From positions 1-30,811 of the forward strand of contig JAPLIX010000367.1 of the NCBI GenBank assembly GCA_026388865.1: a stretch of DNA of 30,811 bases, given 5' to 3'. Each line of letters starts with the position of its first letter. Position 1 is the stretch's first letter. Position numbers and translations under genes: made by a program. Origin of the DNA: Pseudomonadota bacterium. GTDB lineage: Bacteria; Desulfobacterota; WTBG01; CAIYCZ01. Below the pieces are notes generated by a model. It did not search any database. It was not told where the DNA came from and saw nothing but the letters and a program-made list of their open reading frames with translations. Positions 17,095-25,349 of this stretch are shown one piece after another.

Positions 17095-19077
17095 ATGCAA
17101 AAACAGGCTGCGGACCAGAAAAATATTTTTGGATGGAGGGGAAAAATCCTGCGGGTTGATCTCTCACAGGCAAAAATATGGGATGAAGAGCTTTCCCGCG
17201 CATACATGGACGGTTATATCGGAGGAGCAGGCATCAATGCCCGGCTGCTCTATGATCTTATGCGCACCAATCCCCAGGCAGATGCCCTGTCACCGGAAAA
17301 TCCGCTCATTTTCGGCTGCGGGCCGCTGGTGGGCACCACGTTTCCGTGCGCAAGCCGCTTTACCGTAACCGGCAAAAGCCCGCTTACCGGGATCTTTGGT
17401 GACACCAATGCCGGCGGATGGTTTCCGGTACGGCTCAAGCAGGCAGGCTATGACCACATTGTTATCCAGGGAAAAGCCGGCAGGCCGGCAGCGCTTCTTA
17501 TTGAACCGGGTTTGCAGCCGCAGCTTGTCGATGCAGCTGATATATGGGGCCTTGATATTTTTGATACCGATAAAAAGCTCCATGAAAAATATGGTGACTG
17601 CGAAACAGCCCGGATCGGGCCGGCCGGGGAAAACCTGGTGCGGTTTGCAAGTATTTTATCAGGCACCAAACGGACCAGCTCCAACGGGCGCACCGGCATG
17701 GGCTGCGTCATGGGCTCAAAAAACCTGAAGGCCATTATTATAAAAGTTAAGAAGGGCGTCGGCATGGTGCCGGTTGCCGATGAACAGGCGGTAGAAAAGA
17801 TTGCAAAACATTATCGGGACGTCTGGCTCAAAGGCCCGGGAACCTCGCTTAAACGGCAGTACGGCACCCTGACGAATTTTTCTCAGATAGCCGAACACAC
17901 CCGCATCAAAAATGAACAGGAGCCTTTGACCGCTGAGCAGATTGATGCCTATGATCTGGATCTTTTTGTAAACAATTTTAAAACCGGACAAACCGCCTGC
18001 TATCGCTGCCCGGTGGCCTGCTCCCAGAAATGGGAAATAAAAGAAGGCCCCTATCAGGGGGAGAAAGGTGACAAGGTTGAATACGGGCACCTGCTGAATC
18101 TGGGGCCGAATCTGGGGATTTTTGATTTCGCGACCATGCTGCACCTTGCGGATTTGAGCAACCGGCTGGGCATGGACTGTATCCAGTTCGGCTATAATAT
18201 GGCCATTGCCATGGAGTGCTTCCAGCGCGGCATCTTAAGCAGCGAGGCAACCGGCGGCATTGAACTGAACTGGGGCAACAGCCAGACCGTGGAAACACTG
18301 ATGCGAAAAACCGCCTTTCGCGAGGGCTTCGGCAATCTGCTTGCGGAAAATGCCCCGACCATGGCCTCACGCATCGGACCGGATGCCGAGCAGTACGGCT
18401 CGCATACCAAGGGCATGTCCTTTCCCTTCAGCTGCACCTATGCGCTGCCCATGAGCCTGGCCTCGTCAGTGGCGACACGGGGAGGCGACCACCTGAAGGG
18501 CCATCCGTTTGCAGCCATAATCGGGCACCAGGAAATGCTGGAAAAAATGTTCGGCAAAGACGTTCCCCCTGAAGCAAGCGATCACACCAGCCCAATTGCC
18601 AAGGGCAGGGTTGTCTGGTGGCAGGAAAACTACAAGATGATTATGGACTGCCTTGGCATCTGCTTTCTTCCCATCATTAACTCCAACGTGTGGAGCGACC
18701 CCCTGATTATGATTAAGGAGATGGCCGAGATGTATCAGACCATAACCGGCCGGGACGCCTCCGGGCTGTTTACCGCGGCTGAGCGGGCCTACCAGATTGA
18801 GCGCTGCTTCAACACGCTGCAGGGCATCACACGGAAAGACGACACGAGAAAGGGAACCCTGCGGGGAGAGAAAAATCCCATCGATCTTCCGGGCATGCTC
18901 GATGAATATTATGAATACCGCGGCTGCTCTTCGGACGGGCTGCCGACACGCAAGCGGCTGCAGGAAATAGGGATGGCAGACGTGGCCGAAGAAATGGCAC
19001 GGAATAAAAAGCTTTCCTCAGAGGAGCGACCGGCTATAGCCGAGCTGCTACAGGATTCTACTGATGTGAGGGGGTAG
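17095..19077 (+). CDS. aor: Aldehyde:ferredoxin oxidoreductase family protein (W/Mo-bis-pterin, [4Fe-4S])
   Basis: 660 aa; GKILRVDL, KSPLTG, IGPAGENLV, GRTGMGCVMGSKNLKAI, CYRCPVAC, LGMDCI, RGGDH, EYYEYRG. Confidence 0.92.
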   Translation: MQKQAADQKNIFGWRGKILRVDLSQAKIWDEELSRAYMDGYIGGAGINARLLYDLMRTNPQADALSPENPLIFGCGPLVGTTFPCASRFTVTGKSPLTGIFGDTNAGGWFPVRLKQAGYDHIVIQGKAGRPAALLIEPGLQPQLVDAADIWGLDIFDTDKKLHEKYGDCETARIGPAGENLVRFASILSGTKRTSSNGRTGMGCVMGSKNLKAIIIKVKKGVGMVPVADEQAVEKIAKHYRDVWLKGPGTSLKRQYGTLTNFSQIAEHTRIKNEQEPLTAEQIDAYDLDLFVNNFKTGQTACYRCPVACSQKWEIKEGPYQGEKGDKVEYGHLLNLGPNLGIFDFATMLHLADLSNRLGMDCIQFGYNMAIAMECFQRGILSSEATGGIELNWGNSQTVETLMRKTAFREGFGNLLAENAPTMASRIGPDAEQYGSHTKGMSFPFSCTYALPMSLASSVATRGGDHLKGHPFAAIIGHQEMLEKMFGKDVPPEASDHTSPIAKGRVVWWQENYKMIMDCLGICFLPIINSNVWSDPLIMIKEMAEMYQTITGRDASGLFTAAERAYQIERCFNTLQGITRKDDTRKGTLRGEKNPIDLPGMLDEYYEYRGCSSDGLPTRKRLQEIGMADVAEEMARNKKLSSEERPAIAELLQDSTDVRG

Positions 19078-19133
19078 AGCAAAACAGGCTCTGACCCTCT
19101 TCCCCGTCGACACCCGTATGAGCAACAACAGGT

Positions 19134-19997
19134 ATGGCTCAATTTCATGTAACAAAAGATGGCAGGCTGATTGATTATCTGACCGGCCTTGGCTACTCAC
19201 GAACCAAAATAAAGCAGCTTGTGAAATACCGGGCTGTTGAGGTGAACGGGCAGGTGGTAACGAGCCTCAGCCATCCTGTGCTGACGGGGCATACGGTTGC
19301 AATCAGGACAGAAAAAAGAGAACCAGTGAAGGAGCCGTCTCTGGGGATCAGTGTCGTTTATGAGGACGACGCGATCATTGTCATAGAAAAGCCCGCCGGC
19401 CTGCTGACCATCGCCTCTGAGACTGAAAAAGTAAAGACCGCCTATTACCAGCTGAATGAATTCCTGAAACAGCGCTCAACCGGGACGCGGGAGAGGATAT
19501 TCATCGTCCACCGCCTGGACCGGGACACCTCGGGCCTGATGGTGTTTGCAAAGAGCGAGGCAGTAAAAATGACACTCCAGAGCAGCTGGAAAACGGCTGA
19601 GAAACGCTACTACGCAATAGTAGAGGGCACGCCCGTAAAGAAGGAGGGCGAGATCGAGAGCAACCTGAGCGAGACGAAATCCCTTAAAGTCTACAGCAGC
19701 CGGAAGCAGGATCAGGCAAAACGTGCTAAAACAAAATACCGGGTCCTGAAGCGCAGCCGGGAGTATGCCCTGCTCGATATACTGCTTGAAACCGGGCGCA
19801 AGAACCAGATACGCGTCCATCTCGCGGACATCGGCCATCCCGTGGCTGGTGATAAAAAATACGGGGCACGAACCGACCCGTTCAAACGGCTCGGACTGCA
19901 TGCATGCCTTCTCTCGTTCAATCACCCGGTTACCGGGGAGCGCAAGCGTTTCGAGAGCACCATGCCCGACCGGTTCAATGTGCTTATGATGAGATGA
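19134..19997 (+). CDS. RluA-family pseudouridine synthase with S4-like N-terminus
   Basis: 287 aa; EKPAGLL, IVHRLDRDTSG (catalytic Asp), TGRKNQIRVH, GHPVAGDKKYG, LHA. Confidence 0.95.
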   Translation: MAQFHVTKDGRLIDYLTGLGYSRTKIKQLVKYRAVEVNGQVVTSLSHPVLTGHTVAIRTEKREPVKEPSLGISVVYEDDAIIVIEKPAGLLTIASETEKVKTAYYQLNEFLKQRSTGTRERIFIVHRLDRDTSGLMVFAKSEAVKMTLQSSWKTAEKRYYAIVEGTPVKKEGEIESNLSETKSLKVYSSRKQDQAKRAKTKYRVLKRSREYALLDILLETGRKNQIRVHLADIGHPVAGDKKYGARTDPFKRLGLHACLLSFNHPVTGERKRFESTMPDRFNVLMMR

Positions 19998-20026
19998 GGG
20001 AACGGCTGCGGTGAACAGTTGAGGAT

Positions 20027-20257
20027 ATGGAATCCTGCAAACACGAAGTCCTGACGCTGATACCAATTAAGAGCAATAAGCTGCGCTGCCGGCATTGTCA
20101 TCTTACCATTACAGAGGAAGAGCTTGCCGGCGGCTGCTGCCCGGAATGCCTTGCAGTGCACAAGGTGCGGCGCAATGATTTTGAAAAAATCACTGCAGCA
20201 GACAGCGGCACCACTCGCTACTGCTGCGAGAGCTGCGGCATGGTTATTGAGTGTTAG
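20027..20257 (+). CDS. Small Cys-rich zinc-ribbon-like protein
   Basis: 76 aa; CRHC, CCPEC, CCESC plus N- and C-terminal Cys; RBS GAGG. Confidence 0.7.
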   Translation: MESCKHEVLTLIPIKSNKLRCRHCHLTITEEELAGGCCPECLAVHKVRRNDFEKITAADSGTTRYCCESCGMVIEC

Positions 20258-20263
20258 TAGTCA

Positions 20264-20390
20264 GGGGCTAGGGGTTTGGGGTTAGTGATATTCTATTGCG
20301 AAATGCGGATTTCTGATTGCGGAATAACAGTCGTGACCAGTAACTCGTGACCCCATCTCATCGCTCAGTACTCGTTACTCAGCACTCATT
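20264..20390. repeat. Cluster of four different 7-nt periodic arrays (STRR-like)
   Basis: GGGGCTA GGGGTTT GGGGTTA; ATTGCGA AATGCGG ATTTCTG ATTGCGG; TCGTGAC CAGTAAC TCGTGAC; GCTCAGT ACTCGTT ACTCAGC ACTCATT. Confidence 0.7.
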
Positions 20391-20405
20391 GAGACAGGAG
20401 AAGAC

Positions 20406-20819
20406 GTGAAGACAAGAAATATACGGTTCTGGCTAGTTGCTGCCTGCGCGCTCCTGGCGGCCGCACTGCTGCTGCCCCGCAATGCCGGCGCTGAAATTGA
20501 GCGCATAGAAAAGGAAGAGCTCAGCGCCAAGCTCTGTTCCCCGCAGATTATATTGCTTGACGTGCGGACCGGGGAGGTCTGGGAAAAAAGTAAAATCAAA
20601 ATTAAATGCTCCCGCCGCGTCGACCCGTATAACGTTGAATCCTGGGTTGCTACCATCCCGAAAGACAAGCAAATTGTACTTTACTGCTGCTCCTGAAGCG
20701 GAAACAACAGCGCCCGGGTGGCGAAAAAGATGATAAAAAAAGGGTTCACGAACGTGAAAATACTCGAAGGCGGATGGAAAGGCTGGCTTGACGCCAAACT
20801 GCCCATAGAGGCGAAGTAA
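20406..20819 (+). CDS. Exported rhodanese-related selenoprotein; in-frame TGA at 20694-20696 read as Sec97; 137 aa
   Basis: Rhodanese N-half (ILLDVR...IVLYCCS) continues after TGA in frame as SGNNSARVAKKMIKKGFTNVKILEGGWKGWLDAKLPIEAK-TAA. Signal peptide ending AGA; RBS CAGGAG. Confidence 0.8.
20711..20723 (+). promoter_or_regulatory. Candidate bacterial SECIS hairpin
   Basis: CGCC-CGGGT-GGCG starting 15 nt after the UGA; G-rich apical loop at +19 to +23. Confidence 0.5.
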
Positions 20820-20882
20820 GAAACGCATTATGCACGGTTGGCAAAACAGGAGCTTACCCTGAATCATTGTTAAGGAATGTGT

Positions 20883-21224
20883 ATGGCAGATACCAGCGTC
20901 AAGGAAAAGACCCAGGAGATCCTGGCGTACCGGACGAAATTCGCGGCGAAATATCCTGACATTGCACACGGCTTTGCAGCGCTGCAAAAAAGCGTGATGC
21001 AGGACGGCAGGATACGGGCCAGGGAAAAGGAGCTTATCGCGGTGGGGATCTCGGTGGGCCTGCGCTGCGTTCCCTGCATCTATGCCCATACCCGCTCGGC
21101 CCTGAAACTCGGCGCAACGCCGGAAGAGATAATGGAAGCAGCATCAGTAGCAATTCTTATGGCAGGAGGGCCGGGTATGGCGCATGTTGTCGAGGTCTTG
21201 AACTCGATGCCGTGCCGTACATGA
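20883..21224 (+). CDS. Carboxymuconolactone decarboxylase / AhpD-like protein (CxxC)
   Basis: REKELIAVGISVGLRCVPCIYAH...GATPEEIMEA...MAGGP. Confidence 0.88.
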   Translation: MADTSVKEKTQEILAYRTKFAAKYPDIAHGFAALQKSVMQDGRIRAREKELIAVGISVGLRCVPCIYAHTRSALKLGATPEEIMEAASVAILMAGGPGMAHVVEVLNSMPCRT

Positions 21225-21230
21225 TTGAGG

Positions 21231-21821
21231 ATGACCAGGCTGCTCATCCGCGGCGGCAGCATTGCGGCAGGATACAATGTGGAGAGAGGATACGCTGATA
21301 TTCTCCGGGACTGGGGCGCAGCGCGCGGCATTGAGCTTATCAACTGCTCGCGGTCCGGGGAAAACACCTTTGACGCGGTACGGACCTTTCACGAGGAGAT
21401 CGCCCCGCTTGCGCCCGATCTGCTCATTATCCACTTTGGTTTAGACGATGCCTTCGGCTGTGTATACAAATCAGAGTTCAAGGAAAACCTGGTGCAGCTC
21501 GTGCGGCGCAGCCGCGAGCTGTTCCACCCAATCATCATCATGCCGACCTCGCAGCCCTTTGAAAGCCCCTCCTATATGCAGCCGGCTTATTTCTACTACC
21601 AGATCATCCGGGATGTATGCGGTGATCTTGGCTGCGAGATGGTTCCGGTGCACACGTACTGGAACGGGATGGTCATGGAAAGGGGGCTGAGGCATGAAGC
21701 TTTGGTGCAGGAGAATGTGTTCTATCCCAATGAGCGTGGGCACGAAATTTTTGCTCAAGCCCTTATCCAAAGGCTTGAGCGGATACTATCCGGAAGGAAA
21801 AGAAAAGAAGGTCAACAATAA
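21231..21821 (+). CDS. SGNH/GDSL-fold protein with non-canonical catalytic motifs
   Basis: Block I RGGSIAAG, block II SRSGENT, block III FGLDD, block V NVFYPNERGH. Confidence 0.75.
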   Translation: MTRLLIRGGSIAAGYNVERGYADILRDWGAARGIELINCSRSGENTFDAVRTFHEEIAPLAPDLLIIHFGLDDAFGCVYKSEFKENLVQLVRRSRELFHPIIIMPTSQPFESPSYMQPAYFYYQIIRDVCGDLGCEMVPVHTYWNGMVMERGLRHEALVQENVFYPNERGHEIFAQALIQRLERILSGRKRKEGQQ

Positions 21822-21962
21822 CAGGGGCGGTTCAAGAAAATCTTTTAACCGCCCTGGTCATGTGCACAGAGTGTAAATTTAGCTTTTAAATTAATTTTAA
21901 AAAGTTGGATTTGAACTGGCAGTTTTTAAAATATGGTTTTAACTCCATCGGACAATGGCTGA

Positions 21963-22148
21963 TTACCAGAAGAAGTCATCAATGAATTTTGGTTGACTAA
22001 CTTCTCTCGCTGTTGATACATAGTCTTCACTTTTTTCCCTGTAATACGCACCACAATATATTGATTTTTGTCCCTGCTTCAGCAGTCCATAATATTCTAA
22101 AATTTGACCTGATGCGTCCCTTGATAATATGCCTTTCTTGACTTCAAT
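21963..22148 (-). pseudogene. 3' fragment of a NucS/DUF91-like PD-(D/E)XK endonuclease
   Basis: Start-less frame IEVKKGILSRDASGQILEYYGLLKQG...W* (61 aa); in-frame TAA just upstream at 22155-22157. Confidence 0.55.
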
Positions 22149-22186
22149 TTGCGTTTAAACTGGTGATAGGGGACAGATGATGAATC

Positions 22187-22810
22187 CTACTTTTTTACTT
22201 TCCTAAAGAAATCAAAAAAGCCAATCCAGCCCTTATCCTTATAAAATATATTAGGGGTTGAAGGAAGCCTCGGGTCTTCTTTGTAGCGCTTATGGTATTC
22301 AGTACTGGTCTTAATATTTTTTCCTGCAACAGCCCTTTTTAATTCTTCATAGGTGGGGTAAAAAACTTTTGTCGGCTTGCCAAAATAATCAGACCAACCA
22401 ATCCATCCCTTGTTAGCATAAGTTGCATTAGGGTTTGAAGGAAGCCTCGGGTCTTCTTTGTAGCGCTTATGGTATTCTATTTGGTTCTTAATGTTTAATC
22501 TTTTAACAGCCCGCTTTGCTTCTTTGTAAATGGGGTAAAAAACTGTTCTCGGCTTGCCCAGAAAATCATACCAGTCAATCCGGCCTTTATCTTTGTAATA
22601 TTTATTAGGGTTTGAGGGAAGCCTCGGGTCTTCTTTGTAGCGCTTCTTGTATTCATCTTGGCTCTTAATATTTGATCTTTGAACAGCCCGCTTTGCTTCT
22701 TTATAGGTGGAGTAAAAAACTGGTGTCGGCTTGCCAAATAAATTAAACCAGTTAATCCAGCCTTTATCAGCATAAATGTTATAAGGTTGTGAAGGAAGTC
22801 TCGGGTCTTC
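22187..22810 (-). pseudogene. Start-less fragment of an integrase-repeat-unit protein: four tandem 177-nt (59-aa) repeats
   Basis: 207 open codons; EDPRLPS begins at 22810, 22633, 22456 and 22279; unit EY.KRYKEDPRLPSNP...Y..KGWI.W.D.FGKP...FYP.Y.E.KRAV; in-frame TAA directly upstream and no Met in the frame. Confidence 0.75.
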
Positions 22811-23047
22811 TTAGCCCACTTCTGCACAAGCCATTCAACACTTTATTAAGAAAGCAGAAAATTTACCATCTACAAAAAGTGCAACATGCTGCTATCAAGC
22901 GCAACAACTTTTTTCTCCTGAAAAAATTGCTACTTCATTATGAAGTCATCTCTAATATGTCAGATCGAATTCAAATTACTGCTATACTGCTGTCATATTC
23001 AATCTAAGTTATTAGAAATTATTACGTGACAGCCGCCTGCCATCAAC

Positions 23048-23473
23048 TCAGCCGTTATCCTCAACCAGCTCAATGAGAATGCCGTCAGTATCATTCGGGT
23101 CAAGATAGGCGATCTTGGTTTTGCCTGTGTCAAAGATTCCGTCCTTGGTAATGTGTCCCAGGTGAATCCCTTTTTCCTCAAGCGCCTTGACCTCTGCTTC
23201 CACATCCTTTACCTGAAAGGCTATGTGGTTAATCCCCGGAGGCGGGTCGCCGGTCATCTCCCGGAAAAAATCCGACATGGGCTGGATCAGCTCAAGCTCG
23301 GTGCCGCCTATCTTTACAAACGCAAACGCGCCCGCGCCGCCGGTATCATCAGCGCTCATCAGGCGAATGTCCTCATCCGTCAGGTCAAAGAATTTTTTAA
23401 ACATGTTTACCGATTTGTCCAGGTCATTGGTGATATAACCTACGTGCCGCAGCTTTCTCTTCTGATCATTCAT
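23048..23473 (-). CDS. VOC-family protein (methylmalonyl-CoA epimerase-like)
   Basis: Likely start ATG 23473; LRHVGY, ELELIQP, GINHIAFQV, GILIELVE (H/E/H/E metal ligands). Confidence 0.85.
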   Translation of the reverse strand: MNDQKRKLRHVGYITNDLDKSVNMFKKFFDLTDEDIRLMSADDTGGAGAFAFVKIGGTELELIQPMSDFFREMTGDPPPGINHIAFQVKDVEAEVKALEEKGIHLGHITKDGIFDTGKTKIAYLDPNDTDGILIELVEDNG

Positions 23474-23728
23474 GCTTTTTATTTTCCTTTCTGTCAGGTT
23501 TAGCAAATTATAACAATAAAAACAGAACCACTAAGGACACAGAACTGTTACAGAGATGTTACGGTTTCATCTTGAACTCTCCATGCCCCGTGTTGAGAGT
23601 ATTTTAATTATTAAACATATTTCTCATTAAGTAAAGAGGAGAGAAAAGACATTTTTTATTCGTGCCCATGCTGGACCAGGGGAATAAAAAGCTTGCCGGA
23701 CGGCACTGTCCTGATATAAAGAATTCTT

Positions 23729-25297
23729 ATGAAACCATTATCAGAGCTTATACTCAACAGTGAGCGCTGGCTCATGAAAAGGACCCTCTCCTACGCCATC
23801 ACGCTCAACTATGCGAAATTCACCTCCACGCTCGAAGAAGCATGGCGGACCTCCATCGCCGGGCTGTCGCAGTCACTCGTGGATGCGTTTGAACAGAGCG
23901 AGGCGATACCAGAAATAAATATAGACGAGGATTTCACGAGAGACTCTCTGGCGTCATTCGGGATTCTTGAAGCCCAGCGGCACCGCTCCCGCGGGGTGAC
24001 CCTGATCATGTTTCTCGGCCTGATGAAATACTACCGCCAAAGCTACATTGACCTCATCATGGAAGCGGACTTTGCCGCCTTCTACCGTGAGCACAGCCGT
24101 CTTTTTACTGAGCGCTTTTTTGACCGGGTTGAGCTTGGCTTTGTATCCGAGTGGATCGGCACATCAATGGAGGCGCGCCTGGGAGAACTGCAGGAAAAAA
24201 ACCGTCTCATGACTAATGAGAAAAATAAATATCTCACTATCTTTGAAAGCCTCTCCAACCCGGTGATCCTGCTGAATGAAGACCATAAGATTGACAACCT
24301 GAACTATGCTGCCGCCGAGCTGTTTTTCGGGCAGAAATCCCCTGGGGCGGCTTACTATGGCGAGAACCTGATAGAAGAAACGCTTCCGTGGCTGTCAAAG
24401 AGCCTGTCGGCGTTTATTGAGAGCGGCTCAGGCGAGGCGCGTTTTGAAACAGACATCGATACTGAAAAAGGCTGGAAATATTTTGAGATAAAGCTCATGC
24501 GCATGCTTGATGTCAGTGAAAAGTTCAAAGGCATCACCGTCATTTTCAATGACATCAGCGAGCGCAGGCAAATCGAGATTGAGCGGGAAAAAAACATTGC
24601 CGAACTTGAGGTCAAGAACCACGAGCTTGAACTGTTTTCATACTCCATCTCCCATGATCTGCGCGGCCCGCTGCTTACCATAAAGGAGCTGACGGAAACG
24701 CTTGCCGCGCGCCACCGGGAAATTTTGACTGAGGAAGAACGGAATTATCCTGATGATATCAACCGCGCAGTTGACCACATGGGCCGTTTTATTGACGACC
24801 TGCTTAACTACGCGCGCCTTGGGCGCAAAAGCGTATCGCTGCGGCCGCTGCCGCTCAGCTTCGTTATCGCCCAGGTGATGGATGTTCTGTCGTCGCGCAT
24901 GCAGGAAGCAGGTGCCACGATAATCATGGCTGATGACCTCCCGGATATATCGGGCGACCAGACCCTGCTGCTGCAGATCTTCTCGAACCTGTTTGACAAC
25001 GCGCTCACCTATCGCCCGGAGCAGCGCAGTCCGGAGATAGCGATAACCTGGCAACAGGACAACCAACAGGCCATTATCTGCGTGGCTGACAATGGCATCG
25101 GGATTCCTCAGGAACAGCAGGAACATATTTTCGAGATGTTCTACCGCCTGCACAGCGAAGACGAGTATCCCGGCACCGGCATCGGGCTTGCCATCGTGAA
25201 GAAGGCCGTGGAGATGCAGGACGGCAGAGTATGGATTGAGTCGGGGGTTAACCGGGGCAGTAAATTTTATCTCTCTTTTATGCTGGCCGGGCGGTAA
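23729..25297 (+). CDS. Soluble PAS-domain sensor histidine kinase with helical (RsbRD-N/globin-like) N-terminal domain
   Basis: 522 aa; PAS IFESLSNPVILLN...NYAA; HisKA FSYSISHDLRGPL; HATPase NLFDNA, DNGIGIP, GTGIGLAIVKK; no obvious transmembrane helix. Confidence 0.92.
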   Translation: MKPLSELILNSERWLMKRTLSYAITLNYAKFTSTLEEAWRTSIAGLSQSLVDAFEQSEAIPEINIDEDFTRDSLASFGILEAQRHRSRGVTLIMFLGLMKYYRQSYIDLIMEADFAAFYREHSRLFTERFFDRVELGFVSEWIGTSMEARLGELQEKNRLMTNEKNKYLTIFESLSNPVILLNEDHKIDNLNYAAAELFFGQKSPGAAYYGENLIEETLPWLSKSLSAFIESGSGEARFETDIDTEKGWKYFEIKLMRMLDVSEKFKGITVIFNDISERRQIEIEREKNIAELEVKNHELELFSYSISHDLRGPLLTIKELTETLAARHREILTEEERNYPDDINRAVDHMGRFIDDLLNYARLGRKSVSLRPLPLSFVIAQVMDVLSSRMQEAGATIIMADDLPDISGDQTLLLQIFSNLFDNALTYRPEQRSPEIAITWQQDNQQAIICVADNGIGIPQEQQEHIFEMFYRLHSEDEYPGTGIGLAIVKKAVEMQDGRVWIESGVNRGSKFYLSFMLAGR

Positions 25298-25349
25298 CAA
25301 TGCCGGCACGGCATCCGCGGTTGCAATATACAGAACAGAGCGGGAGGTT

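Noticed and set aside
21190-21224. Possible frameshift at the CMD C-terminus (EVLNSMPCRT vs an alternative frame LDAV)
   Set aside because: The domain is essentially complete and the stop abuts the next gene; nothing in the sequence decides it.
22187-22810. CRISPR array
   Set aside because: The repeats are 177-nt in-frame coding units with conserved sequence between the cores; no unique spacers, no cas genes.
22495-22827. 110-aa minus-strand ORF in the track
   Set aside because: Wrong-frame translation of the integrase-repeat fragment.
22830-22990. Further gene fragment in the AT-rich patch
   Set aside because: All minus-strand frames are interrupted by stops and no motif was recognisable.
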